From an uncultured bacterium (GTDB lineage Bacteria; Patescibacteriota; Minisyncoccia; Phycocordibacterales; UBA918), in assembly GCA_950073265.1 (NCBI GenBank), contig CATMPJ010000002.1, forward strand, positions 2,638-66,637: DNA of 64,000 bases, written 5' to 3'. Shown in pieces: positions 1 through 9,565 of this stretch. The position numbers were made by a program, and so were the translations under genes. The notes under the pieces were generated by a model that made no database searches, was not told the origin of the DNA, and saw only the letters and a program-made list of their open reading frames with translations. Position 1 is the stretch's first letter, and each line of letters starts with the position of its first letter.

Positions 1-89
1 GCGAATCCCATAATTGGCAGTTGGGCTCGCATAAAGAGTTTCTTCATGGGGTAAATTTTAGCATACAAAACTCTGAAACATCCTTATAG

Positions 90-698
90 CTAAGCCTCGT
101 TCTGTGTAGAGGCAGGCCCTGCTTTCTCTAATGCTTCGGTCCAGTGACGGCGACAGACAGATTCGTATGATTCATTTCCACCCACTTGGTTTTGGGGGCC
201 GACGGCAACTGCCTTTCCGCTAGAATCGTAGCGTAGTGTCATACAGGCCTTGCGACCACAACGGCAAATAGTGCGAATTTCTCGCAACTCATCGGCGATT
301 GCTAACAGAGTTTCTGAGCCGGGGAATAACTCGCCCTTAAAATCAGTGCGCAAGCCGTAACACATAACCGGAATTTTATGCGTATCGACAAACTTGGCCA
401 ATTGCCACACCTGCTCTCGAGTTAGCCACTGTGCCTCATCGATGAGCACCGCGGCGATAGTTTTTGTATCGAGAATATTTTTTAAGCAGGTATACATGTC
501 AGTGTTATCAGAGAATGTTTCGGCTGGCTTTTCAATCCCGACTCGCGAAGCGATAGTGGCAGCACCTTTTCTCGTGTCTAACGCGGCCGTGAAGAGTACG
601 GTTTCCATGTTACGTTCGCCGTAGTTGTGTGCTACTTGGAGGAGAGAAGTAGATTTACCTGCATTCATCGCCGAGTAACTGAAGTAAAGCTTTGACAT
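90..698 (-). CDS. tdk: thymidine kinase
   Basis: 202 aa; N-terminal P-loop (SAMNAGKST); C-terminal Cys-containing Zn-ribbon region (CRCGRKA..CRRH) typical of type II thymidine kinases. Confidence 0.85.
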   Translation of the reverse strand: MSKLYFSYSAMNAGKSTSLLQVAHNYGERNMETVLFTAALDTRKGAATIASRVGIEKPAETFSDNTDMYTCLKNILDTKTIAAVLIDEAQWLTREQVWQLAKFVDTHKIPVMCYGLRTDFKGELFPGSETLLAIADELREIRTICRCGRKACMTLRYDSSGKAVAVGPQNQVGGNESYESVCRRHWTEALEKAGPASTQNEA

Positions 699-731
699 AG
701 GATGGATTGTAACACTCGCTAATATACTGAA

Positions 732-1535
732 TTATAAAATAATCTTTTTACCAGGATTCTCTCGTAGGAGAAGATATGCAACAATTCCAGTGTAGTCAGC
801 TATAAAGCCTGGGCTACGAATAGGAAGCAAACTGCTTCCAATCTCGTAAGATTTTTCTAACGCAGCTAGGATACCTTCCTCTAGGTGTTTGTTTGCTTCA
901 GTGTACATTGTTTGCACAATCGGTAGGCCAGAGAGTAGTTCGTTAGTCCAAAGAACGCCACTTTCATAATCGTGAGTCGCTGAAAGGGTGCCGAGTTTTT
1001 CGTAGAAATCATACAGATTCGCTGCCTCGATGTCAGGGAAACTTCGCTTCTTCTCACTCTTACTGCTACTCCAAACAAGACGCAATAGTTTATTTCGATA
1101 AGCAGCGTCTTCAGCACTGCTCTGTCTCAGAATACTTGGTACTGTGCTACACACAGCGCTACCATCACCGTTAGTGAGTAAAGATGAAAGTACGACATGA
1201 AAAAGGGTGGTTATTAGTCCTTGGTTTATGTACTTAGCGCCATTTTGTTGGAGGTTTGTGATAGAGGCCTTTGTAGCAGCAAAAGCCAAATCGAAATATA
1301 GAGCAGGTTGGCTTTTATGCTCATCCACTCTGACAGTAAGTTCATAGAAATAGCGATTAATGTTCACGGCAGCTGCTTGCAAGTGTTGCAATCTGATCGT
1401 TTCGTCTAAATCAACGTTTCTGGTAGTACAGCCGTCTTTTTCGGCAATTGGTTCTAAGACAAGCGCTAAAGTTACTTGTCTGGCAACTTCGTGCGCGTCA
1501 ATTTCTTTCATCTGGTTATGGTAACTTGCTGACAA
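732..1535 (-). CDS. hypothetical protein, directly upstream of tdk on the same strand (probable operon partner); no recognisable motif
   Basis: 267-aa ORF, 33-bp gap to tdk; no catalytic motif identified by eye. Confidence 0.35.
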   Translation of the reverse strand: MSASYHNQMKEIDAHEVARQVTLALVLEPIAEKDGCTTRNVDLDETIRLQHLQAAAVNINRYFYELTVRVDEHKSQPALYFDLAFAATKASITNLQQNGAKYINQGLITTLFHVVLSSLLTNGDGSAVCSTVPSILRQSSAEDAAYRNKLLRLVWSSSKSEKKRSFPDIEAANLYDFYEKLGTLSATHDYESGVLWTNELLSGLPIVQTMYTEANKHLEEGILAALEKSYEIGSSLLPIRSPGFIADYTGIVAYLLLRENPGKKIIL

Positions 1536-1553
1536 GAAAACTGCTACTTTTGT

Positions 1554-1584
1554 TTGAATTTATCAAGACATATGGCACTATAGT
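1554..1584 (+). promoter_or_regulatory. candidate sigma70-like promoter for tRNA-Gln (TTGAAT-N19-TATAGT); -10 ends 8 nt before the tRNA 5' end
   Basis: hexamers read directly; spacer is long (19 nt), so weak. Confidence 0.25.
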
Positions 1585-1592
1585 GCTCACAT

Positions 1593-1663
1593 TGCCCGAT
1601 CGTCTAGTGGTAGGACGTTGGTTTCTGGCACCAAAAACTGGGGTTCGAATCCCTGTCGGGCAG
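1593..1663 (+). tRNA. tRNA-Gln (anticodon CUG)
   Basis: manual cloverleaf: acceptor UGCCCGA/UCGGGCA (U1:A72), D-stem GUCU/GGAC, perfect anticodon stem UUGGU/ACCAA with loop UUCUGGC, T-arm UGGGG-UUCGAAU-CCCUG, discriminator G73; U1:A72 plus G73 fit Gln identity; CCA not encoded. Confidence 0.75.
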
Positions 1664-1705
1664 CATCCAAGGGTCAGTCTGATGTTTTAAGATGTCAAAA
1701 TATCT

Positions 1706-1930
1706 TTGATGGCTGATAACAAAAGTAAGCGTGGGAAACCAGATAGTTACCTGATTAGTTTCAAAGAAAGATATGAAGTTGACTATGCGGTAAAACAACT
1801 GCAGAAGCAATTTCCTGCGAAAACTAAAACGGAAGTCAAAAAGGCTCTAACTAAAGCAGCAAGTGAAATTGATCCAAGCAGGGGAAGGGAGAGGGTTATG
1901 AAGGGAGCGAGAAAGCTAATAAAGAAATAG
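1706..1930 (+). CDS. small basic protein (DUF3606-like, uncertain)
   Basis: 74-aa ORF, Lys/Arg-rich; weak resemblance to DUF3606 small proteins. Confidence 0.35.
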   Translation: MMADNKSKRGKPDSYLISFKERYEVDYAVKQLQKQFPAKTKTEVKKALTKAASEIDPSRGRERVMKGARKLIKK

Positions 1931-2110
1931 TTTTAGGATACGAACTGGCAATCCCGCTTGTTAACTGGTGAGAGTTGACAAAATACACAAAAATGTTATT
2001 TTTACTGCGCTTTTAATACTGTGTGGACATTGAAAGCGGGATGCTTTAACCATCTATATTACTCTCCGCACCCGCGACGAATTTGATTCGTCCACTAAAA
2101 CCTAAAACTA

Positions 2111-3346
2111 ATGCAAGAAAAAAATACTCACGGTACGCGTTCGCGCGCCCGCCGTTCTCATCGTGGTGACGACAGTCGTCCACGTAGTCGTCGACCACAC
2201 AACGCTGGTCGCTCTTCTGGTCGTGGTGGCAAACGCAAACAGCCAACCTTTGACCCATCACAATTTATTAATAAAAATCCGGTCACAGTAACGGAAGAGG
2301 CGTACGTGCCAAAACATGCTTTTGAAGATTTTAAGATTGATGGTCGTCTCAAGGAAACGCTTTCGAACATGGGATTTACTGAGCCATCACCAATTCAAGA
2401 TCAAGCTATCCCAGAGATTCTGGCTCGTAAAGATGTAGTTGGGTTAGCTGAAACCGGAACCGGGAAGACAGCTGCTTTCTTGATTCCTCTAATTGAACTA
2501 CGGAAGAAAAATCAGAAAGGAGTCACACTTGTTTTGACGCCGACTCGTGAATTGGCAATCCAGGTAGATAGTGAGCTTCGTAAACTGGCAAAGAATTTCC
2601 GCTTTTTCTCAACCGTTTGTGTAGGTGGTGTCGGGATTTATGGTCAGATCAAGCAACTGCGTCGCAGGAATCACTTTATAATCGGGACTCCCGGTCGAGT
2701 GAAAGATTTGATGGATCGCGGCATGATACCAGCTGAGCGGATTGATTCAGTGGTGCTCGATGAGGCCGATCGCATGCTCGACATGGGCTTCATTCACGAC
2801 ATGCGGACTATTCTCGGTGAATTGCCACCGGAACGACACACTCTCTTCTTCTCAGCCACCATGGACGACAAGACCAAAGGACTTATTCACGACTTTATGA
2901 AAAAGCCAGTCGTCATCTCAGTGAAGAAAAAAGAAGTGACGGACAGTATCGAACAAGATGTGGTTCACTACGATACTCGGCATAAGTACGATACGTTGCT
3001 AGCGCTTTTGTCGAAGCCAGAGTTTTCTCGGGTGATTATTTTTGGTGCAATGAAGCATAGTGTCGATCGACTTGGTAAAGAACTTACTTTAAGTGGTATT
3101 AAGGCCGAGTCGATTCACGGGAATAAGAACCACAACCAGCGTCAGCAATCACTTAATCGCTTTAAGAGCGGCAACGCCCGTGTCTTGGTGGCGACCGATG
3201 TGGCGGCACGAGGTATCCATGTCGATAACGTATCGCACGTCATTAACTACGATTTGCCAGGTACATTTGAAGACTACGTGCACCGTATTGGCCGCACCGG
3301 TCGCGGTGATCAGCGAGGAAAGGCACTTACCTTTGTTGCACAATAA
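2111..3346 (+). CDS. DEAD-box ATP-dependent RNA helicase with ~75-aa N-terminal Arg/Gly-rich extension
   Basis: Q-motif (GFTEPSPIQ), motif I AETGTGKT, DEAD (VLDEADRM), SAT, HRIGRTGR; N-terminus RSRARRSHRGDDSRPRSRRPHNAGRSSGRGGKRK. Confidence 0.85.
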   Translation: MQEKNTHGTRSRARRSHRGDDSRPRSRRPHNAGRSSGRGGKRKQPTFDPSQFINKNPVTVTEEAYVPKHAFEDFKIDGRLKETLSNMGFTEPSPIQDQAIPEILARKDVVGLAETGTGKTAAFLIPLIELRKKNQKGVTLVLTPTRELAIQVDSELRKLAKNFRFFSTVCVGGVGIYGQIKQLRRRNHFIIGTPGRVKDLMDRGMIPAERIDSVVLDEADRMLDMGFIHDMRTILGELPPERHTLFFSATMDDKTKGLIHDFMKKPVVISVKKKEVTDSIEQDVVHYDTRHKYDTLLALLSKPEFSRVIIFGAMKHSVDRLGKELTLSGIKAESIHGNKNHNQRQQSLNRFKSGNARVLVATDVAARGIHVDNVSHVINYDLPGTFEDYVHRIGRTGRGDQRGKALTFVAQ

Positions 3347-3435
3347 GGAAATAAAAAACAAGATTTATCTGTGATTTTTACTCAAGTCCGGTCTGTGGTA
3401 TCGTAAGTAAATAAGAGTAATAAGCATTTTAAGTT

Positions 3436-3837
3436 ATGAAACAAGGATTTAAAGCAGGGGTAGCTCAGGCTGTCCACGCCCAAACGAACTTTCGACATGT
3501 TCTGTACACCGGTTCATACATGCAATTGGTAGCAATGACATTACCAGCTGGTACAGATATCGGAGAAGAGGTACACGAAGGACACGACCAATTTTTCCGG
3601 ATTGAGAGTGGCCAAGGAAAAGTTTTGATTGACGAAACTACCTACGAGGTTACTGCTGGGGACTTAATTATTGTGCCGTCAGGAGCAAATCATAATGTTA
3701 CTAATACGTCCGAAGACGATGCATTGGTGTTGTATACCATATACGCACCTCCAGAACACGCTGAAGGGACAACTCACCCTACAAAAGCGGAAGCTGAAGC
3801 CGATGATGAACATTTTGATGGCCGAACGACTGAGTAG
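3436..3837 (+). CDS. cupin-domain protein
   Basis: 133 aa; two-His/Glu cupin motifs (GEEVHEGHDQFF ... VPSGANHNV). Confidence 0.6.
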   Translation: MKQGFKAGVAQAVHAQTNFRHVLYTGSYMQLVAMTLPAGTDIGEEVHEGHDQFFRIESGQGKVLIDETTYEVTAGDLIIVPSGANHNVTNTSEDDALVLYTIYAPPEHAEGTTHPTKAEAEADDEHFDGRTTE

Positions 3838-3846
3838 TTACTAGGT

Positions 3847-3880
3847 AAAAGCCGCGCCCCGGAGGGGCGCGGCTTTTATT
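3847..3880 (+). terminator. Rho-independent terminator after cupin gene
   Basis: AAAAGCCGCGCCCC-GGAG-GGGCGCGGCTTTT hairpin followed by T-run. Confidence 0.7.
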
Positions 3881-3894
3881 GCTATACTTGCAGC

Positions 3895-5112
3895 ATGTCT
3901 AAAGACGATGAAGTGCAGAATAGAAGGATTCATGTCATTGCGCTGGCATTTACGAAAACAGGTGATGGTTTAGTGGATCCGAAAATTATCTTGGCTTGGC
4001 TTATGACATACGTCGGAGCATCAGCCGGATTGATCGGACTTTTAGTGCCAGTTCGCGAAGCTGGCGCTTTACTGCCACAGCTTTTCACTGCAGCTAAGCT
4101 CCGTAACTTTCCCATTAGGAAGTGGTGGTGGGTCATTGGCTCTCTTGTACAGTCTATGGCTGTGCTTATGATTGCGCTTAGCGGTCTGTTTCTCACCGGT
4201 CAGGTAGCCGGAATTGCAATAGTCGAAGCTGTTACGGTGTTTGCGTTAGCTCGTAGCATCTCCTCTGTTAGCTATAAAGACGTACTTGGAAAAACAGTTA
4301 TAAAAAATTCACGTGGTGTCACTACCGGTACAGCTGCTTCTATTGCTGCGTTCGGAATTTTGCTTTTTGGTTTTTTGCTTTTATTTGAAGTTATTGATCG
4401 GCTCCAGCTGGTTCTCGGCGCATTATTTATGGCTGCTTTATTTTGGTTATCAGCTGGCATTGTGTTCTCTCGTCTTAACGAAGAGCCGAGCCGACGCACT
4501 GACAGTACTCAACAATCAATATGGAAAACATACATACACCATCTAATCTCCGATAGAGAATTACAAAAATTTTTATTAGTACGTGCTTTACTCACTGCAA
4601 CTGCAGTAGCTCCACCGTTCTTGCTCTTACTTGCCGGTGACACCGGTTCTGGCGTCTTGTCTCAATTGGGTGCTTTAGTGATTGCGTCATCTTTTGCAAC
4701 GTTTGTGTCTGGGCGAATTTGGGGTCAGCTGGCAGACTACTCAACGGCAGTAGTTTTGGCTGGTTGCGGCTTGCTTGGAGGTGCATTTCTTTCTTTAGGG
4801 TTAGTGGGTGCAGCTATTGGTTGGTTTGAGACTGTATGGTTTCTACCGCTGCTTATATTTGTGTTTATGGTTTCATACCAAGGTGTTCGCATCGCGCGGA
4901 CCATCCACTTAGTGAATTTAGCTAATGAAGACACCCGCGCCGCCTATACGGCTATTTCGAACACCATTATCGGAATTGTGTTATTGGCAACGGGACTGTA
5001 TGGCTTGTTAGCTGAGGTGACTAGTGTTTCAGTGGTTTTGGGTGTATTGTCAGTAATGAGCCTGCTTGGCGGTCTTCTGGCGTTTAGACTCAGGTTACCA
5101 AAAGAATTGTAA
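3895..5112 (+). CDS. polytopic membrane transporter (MFS-like)
   Basis: 405 aa, ~12 predicted hydrophobic segments in 6+6 arrangement; family call tentative. Confidence 0.45.
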   Translation: MSKDDEVQNRRIHVIALAFTKTGDGLVDPKIILAWLMTYVGASAGLIGLLVPVREAGALLPQLFTAAKLRNFPIRKWWWVIGSLVQSMAVLMIALSGLFLTGQVAGIAIVEAVTVFALARSISSVSYKDVLGKTVIKNSRGVTTGTAASIAAFGILLFGFLLLFEVIDRLQLVLGALFMAALFWLSAGIVFSRLNEEPSRRTDSTQQSIWKTYIHHLISDRELQKFLLVRALLTATAVAPPFLLLLAGDTGSGVLSQLGALVIASSFATFVSGRIWGQLADYSTAVVLAGCGLLGGAFLSLGLVGAAIGWFETVWFLPLLIFVFMVSYQGVRIARTIHLVNLANEDTRAAYTAISNTIIGIVLLATGLYGLLAEVTSVSVVLGVLSVMSLLGGLLAFRLRLPKEL

Positions 5113-5184
5113 AATGTATCACGCGCACAACGCGTTGTACGTAACAGTTAAGTAATAGCAGGGTTGTATAAATAATATAAATCT

Positions 5185-5913
5185 ATGTCTAAAAAGACTT
5201 TCTTAGCCATAATTCTCGGTCTCCTAGTTATAGGAGGAGGAGTGTACTACTACAGCAATACCGCTGACGAGTTTGAGGTGACGGTGCTTGATGAGGTTTC
5301 CGAACTTGAAATGGAGCTCGCGGTACTTGATGCCCAAGTTGCTTCAGGTGAGCTTACGCCTGAAGCGGCGACGGTTGCACGAGCAAACATTATTACCAAA
5401 CTTGAGTACATTAACACTCAGATGAATGCTTCAAGCCAAGTAACACTTTCGTCTTCTCAAAAAGCACAAGTTGCTGAGGCGCTGACTCGTTTGAGGACGG
5501 TCCTCGTTCGTTATAGTGCTACTCTTGACTCGGTTGATGCAATTGCAGCAAAAGACTCCAGAACAGTAAAAAGTTCTCGCAGCTTGAATAGCCATTTCCT
5601 GGACACAGTAACGGCTAGTGAAACCGCTGCTGCTGAAGCAGAGGTGGAAGTGGAAGCTGACATGGAGACAGAAACTGCCTTAGATATGGTCGAAATGTCT
5701 GCAGCAGAAACGGTCGCTGAAGTGGAAGCCGAAGTGATGATGGAAGACATGATGTCTGAAGATGAAAACGCATCTACTACAGAGGATGGCACAGCATCAA
5801 CAACTGACGAAACAACTGAGGATGATCAAGCGATGGATGAAGATGACACTATTATGATTGATAGTTCAACTTCAGTAGAAGCGGACACTACAGCTGAGTC
5901 AGAGGCACAATAA
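5185..5913 (+). CDS. membrane-anchored acidic low-complexity protein
   Basis: N-terminal TM helix; C-terminal half dominated by E/D/T/A repeats (AEVEAEV, TTEDGTASTTDETTEDD). Confidence 0.4.
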   Translation: MSKKTFLAIILGLLVIGGGVYYYSNTADEFEVTVLDEVSELEMELAVLDAQVASGELTPEAATVARANIITKLEYINTQMNASSQVTLSSSQKAQVAEALTRLRTVLVRYSATLDSVDAIAAKDSRTVKSSRSLNSHFLDTVTASETAAAEAEVEVEADMETETALDMVEMSAAETVAEVEAEVMMEDMMSEDENASTTEDGTASTTDETTEDDQAMDEDDTIMIDSSTSVEADTTAESEAQ

Positions 5914-5927
5914 AGCTAACTTCATTG

Positions 5928-5960
5928 AAAAATAGCCACGATAGTGGCTATTTTTATTTA
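5928..5960 (+). terminator. Rho-independent terminator
   Basis: 12-bp stem AAAAATAGCCAC/GTGGCTATTTTT with GATA loop, T-run. Confidence 0.7.
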
Positions 5961-6011
5961 GTTGTTAGGCGCAATGCTATACTATTTTGAAATTACACAT
6001 AACATTGTTAT

Positions 6012-6764
6012 ATGAGCGAACAAAGAAATACCCAGAATAATGAATCTTCATTGCTAAGAGATTTGTCTATTCCAATTGCTATTGTGATTGCGGGAGCGTT
6101 TATCGGAATTGGTCTTTTTATGTCTGGCCAAACAAACAACAATGCACAAAACGGCGCCACCGCAGCACCTTCTGGTACGGGAGATACGCGTCCGGATATC
6201 TCTGAACTTATCCCACAGTTGGTGACAGAAGCTGGGGTTGATAGAGACGCATTCCAGTCATGTTTTGACAGCGATCAGACTGCACCTTTGGTCCAAGAAG
6301 ATATCGATAACGCAGTTGCGACCGGCGGGCAGGGAACACCATGGAGTATCGTGGTTGGGCCTTCAGGAAAAACATACCCACTCAACGGTGCTGTACCCAT
6401 TACTGAAATTGAACGAGTTGTGGCATTGGCCCGAGCCGAAGCGGGGCAGGGTCCTGCTGGTACTGAGACTGACGCAGTAACACCGGTAACTGAAGATGAT
6501 CACCTAAAGGGAAATGCCAATGCCTCAGTTACCATTATTGAGTATTCTGATTACGATTGTCCATTCTGTAGCCGATTCCACATGAGCATGAATTCGGTGG
6601 TGGCAGAGGACGCTGATCTTGCATGGGTGTATCGCCATATGCCACTAGAACAATTACACCCAAATGCTCCCGCAATTGCACGAGCTGCTGAATGTGTTGC
6701 AGAGCTTGGGGGTGATGATGCGTTTTGGACCTTCACCGACGGCTACTTCGAAGCGACTTCTTAG
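6012..6764 (+). CDS. DsbA-like thiol:disulfide oxidoreductase with permuted half-domain order (TM anchor, then C-terminal thioredoxin half, linker, then N-terminal CPFC half)
   Basis: aa ~90-150 (GGQGTPWSIVVG..NGAVPI) resemble the DsbA C-terminal cis-Pro/beta region; aa ~160-250 (VTIIEYSDYDCPFCSRF...) resemble the DsbA N-terminal CxxC half; protein ends inside the expected helical insert. Confidence 0.55.
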   Translation: MSEQRNTQNNESSLLRDLSIPIAIVIAGAFIGIGLFMSGQTNNNAQNGATAAPSGTGDTRPDISELIPQLVTEAGVDRDAFQSCFDSDQTAPLVQEDIDNAVATGGQGTPWSIVVGPSGKTYPLNGAVPITEIERVVALARAEAGQGPAGTETDAVTPVTEDDHLKGNANASVTIIEYSDYDCPFCSRFHMSMNSVVAEDADLAWVYRHMPLEQLHPNAPAIARAAECVAELGGDDAFWTFTDGYFEATS

Positions 6765-6783
6765 TAACTTACGTACAAAATTA

Positions 6784-7809
6784 CTATCGGCCACGCCCAA
6801 ACGTGGTTTTTAGTTTTGCTACGTGCTCTTCGTACGTGTTGGAGCAATGGTACGAGCCATTGTTAGAGTGAAAATAGTATAAGCAATCGGTAGGAATAGG
6901 ATTGAGAGCTGCCAGTACGGCATCGCTGCTCGGATTTGCGATTGGTCCTGGAGGTAACCCGGCGTTGCTATAGGTATTATAGGGAGAATTAATATACTTA
7001 TCAGAAGGCACCGGCGCCAGCCACCAGTCTTTTGCTGTTGTTTGATTTGCCCGAGCGTATTGCAATGTTGCGTCCAGTTGTAGGGGCATCCCGATAAACA
7101 GTCGGTTCCAAATAACACCGGCAACCTCTCGCATGTTTTCAAAATTACCAGCCTCCCGTTCAAGCAATGAGGCAATAATCATGGCGTCTTCAAATGGTAC
7201 CTGAGCAGCAACATCTGGAGTGTATCGATTTAAAATCTCATTTTCAAACTGGGTTAAAATAACATCAGCCATTTCCTCTGGTGACGCATCACGATGTGTA
7301 ACGTACTGTCCGGGATAAAATTTTCCTTCCTCCAGGACCGGATTTTTCTCAGTAATTAATTCAATGAAGCGAGTTCTTTCTTCAAGATTCCATCCAAGAA
7401 TATTACCAATATGAGTCGCGGCTTCTTCTTTCCGTTCCCCCGGCCAAATAACAACAATACGACTTACCGGAGAGGCCAGGTTTTGATACCAGCCTTTCTC
7501 AGAAAATACAGCGATAATTTTCTCCCACCACGTTCGCGTTTCAGTGTTATCAGCAAGCCCATTGCTTGGGAAAACATTAATACTGCCAGTGTCTAAGATA
7601 ACTCCCGCGGCTGGGTTCACACTGACTGGAAAAGGGGTCACTGTTTCATCATTGCCGGCCACCGTTATGACTGGTCGATCGTAAACGTATATTTTAGATT
7701 TTATCAATAGCATTACTGCAGCTGTCGAAGCAATCACTACTACTAAGGACGAAACATAAATTAATCGAATGAGCGTTCGGTGGTTGTACATGCTGTTATT
7801 ATGACACAA
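6784..7809 (-). CDS. mltG: endolytic murein transglycosylase MltG/YceG
   Basis: N-terminal TM anchor; YceG-like motifs (IIASLLEREAG, GVIWNRL, LQLDATLQYA, YNTYSNAGLPPGPI). Confidence 0.8.
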   Translation of the reverse strand: MCHNNSMYNHRTLIRLIYVSSLVVVIASTAAVMLLIKSKIYVYDRPVITVAGNDETVTPFPVSVNPAAGVILDTGSINVFPSNGLADNTETRTWWEKIIAVFSEKGWYQNLASPVSRIVVIWPGERKEEAATHIGNILGWNLEERTRFIELITEKNPVLEEGKFYPGQYVTHRDASPEEMADVILTQFENEILNRYTPDVAAQVPFEDAMIIASLLEREAGNFENMREVAGVIWNRLFIGMPLQLDATLQYARANQTTAKDWWLAPVPSDKYINSPYNTYSNAGLPPGPIANPSSDAVLAALNPIPTDCLYYFHSNNGSYHCSNTYEEHVAKLKTTFGRGR

Positions 7810-7845
7810 TGTTATGGGTTTTGATGGACAATAGACGATATACTA

Positions 7846-8442
7846 TTGAATATGTCTTATCGATTTAAAATAATTGCCTTTTGTTTACTAATACTAGTGG
7901 GTGCAGCTGCCATTTTTGCTTGGGTAGTGATCGACAATGATTCAATCGACAATGACTCCTCATTCGATATTAATTCGGAGTCTACAAGTACGTCAGCTTC
8001 GGACGAGGTTAGTACAGGCGTCTCTACATTCAAGGACCTTCTTTCCATTCCAGAATCAATGGAGTGTACGATTACGTACCAAAATGAAATTGCTAATAAG
8101 GCAGTCTATGGCAACTTGTTCACTAAAGGGGGAAAGGTGCGTGGGGATTTTGTACAGACAGATACCGAGCTTGGCACCATCGTCACGACGTACATTATCA
8201 CGGACTCATCTCTGCATGTCTGGTCAGAGATTGACGGCGTCAACTATGGAGCTCGTTACGACATTGGTTTGATTGAATCTGCTAATTTACCAATCTCTCA
8301 AAATGAAAATGTACGTTATAGTTGTATGAATTGGACACAAACCGATGATTCTATGTTTGAGCCACCTGCCGACATTCTGTTTAAAAATGCTGCTGAAGCG
8401 AATGTTGAATACGGCACTGTTTATGAGGAAGGAGAGTTTTAA
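7846..8442 (+). CDS. hypothetical membrane-anchored extracytoplasmic protein
   Basis: 198 aa, N-terminal TM helix, Ser/Asp-rich linker; no known motif. Confidence 0.4.
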   Translation: MNMSYRFKIIAFCLLILVGAAAIFAWVVIDNDSIDNDSSFDINSESTSTSASDEVSTGVSTFKDLLSIPESMECTITYQNEIANKAVYGNLFTKGGKVRGDFVQTDTELGTIVTTYIITDSSLHVWSEIDGVNYGARYDIGLIESANLPISQNENVRYSCMNWTQTDDSMFEPPADILFKNAAEANVEYGTVYEEGEF

Positions 8443-8451
8443 TTCTTTACG

Positions 8452-8805
8452 CTAGAGACGATTCAATAGCAATACCACCAGCACAAGCAAAGCAAATCCA
8501 GCTGCTAACAGCACTGCACCGGCAGCCATATCTTTACTGCGCATAATTTGCTCATGTTTTTCGGGATGAAGCCTATCTAAGGCTGCTTCAATTGCGGAAT
8601 TTTGTAACTCCGTTATCAATATAAGTATGGCAGCTACCGCTAGAAATAAAAACTCATACCTATCTAGTGGAGCAAAAAAGTACAAGATAAAAACTGCGAG
8701 TACCACTGCGCTATACCACTGGGTACGAAAACCGAAATCGTGTCTAATGGCATACAAGATACCCCGAAGTGCATGTGGTAGGCGAGAAAGATAACGTTTT
8801 ATCAT
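8452..8805 (-). CDS. dgkA: diacylglycerol kinase / undecaprenol kinase family (DgkA)
   Basis: 117 aa, three TM segments, ELQNSAIEAALD motif. Confidence 0.65.
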   Translation of the reverse strand: MIKRYLSRLPHALRGILYAIRHDFGFRTQWYSAVVLAVFILYFFAPLDRYEFLFLAVAAILILITELQNSAIEAALDRLHPEKHEQIMRSKDMAAGAVLLAAGFALLVLVVLLLNRL

Positions 8806-8822
8806 ATGTGCAGTATAGCAAT

Positions 8823-9554
8823 TTAGCGATAGTCTTTTTCAGCGTAGACAGAGATTGTTCGTCTTTTTCCGCTGCGTCCTTTGTGTCGATGTGATCTATC
8901 AACTTTATGAATGATGAATTTTTCTCTCAAGAAAGCGATTAGTTCGGCTTCAGAATACACAAACTCGGGAACTCCCATAACCGGATGAATGTAGGTTCCT
9001 GGTTCCTCACCGGGGTGTTCTTTTAGAAGTCTGGCGGTGTGGCTGTCGTCGTCCTTAAGAAAAGTTTTCATAAATAACCAACCACCCGGTTTCAAGATTC
9101 GATGCAGCTCATCACGCAGCGCAGTGCGTTCACTGCTGTTTAAAAAATGTGAAGTCATCATGTCTAATGCCACGTCCTGACTTGCATCTTCCGCTGGTAG
9201 TGGTTCACCGGTGTTGCCGAGATGAAAGCTGATTGGCATCTTTTGCGCGGCTTTTTTTGCCTGCGCAATAGCGGCAGAAGAAATATCTACCCCAATACCG
9301 CGCATGTTGTACGCCTGTGCTAGGTAAATAAGGTTACGACCGTTACCACAGCCGGCATCAAAGGCTTTGTTGCCTTGTAGAAAGACTCGCTCTAATTTCT
9401 TTTGGCGTTCATGCCAGCGGATAAACTTCTCTAAATCAGCGCTTACTGCATCGGAAAGCTTTAGGTGGGCGGGGTTGGTGTACTCTTGGTCCCAAAAAGC
9501 AGCACCGTGCACTTTCTTCTTCTTGTGTTTGGTAAAGTTAGGTTTTCGCGCCAT
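8823..9554 (-). CDS. class I SAM-dependent methyltransferase
   Basis: motif I DAGCGNGRN, motif post-I GVDIS; small-molecule/RNA MTase type, not DNA MTase-like. Confidence 0.7.
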   Translation of the reverse strand: MARKPNFTKHKKKKVHGAAFWDQEYTNPAHLKLSDAVSADLEKFIRWHERQKKLERVFLQGNKAFDAGCGNGRNLIYLAQAYNMRGIGVDISSAAIAQAKKAAQKMPISFHLGNTGEPLPAEDASQDVALDMMTSHFLNSSERTALRDELHRILKPGGWLFMKTFLKDDDSHTARLLKEHPGEEPGTYIHPVMGVPEFVYSEAELIAFLREKFIIHKVDRSHRHKGRSGKRRTISVYAEKDYR

Positions 9555-9565
9555 ATGTAATAATT

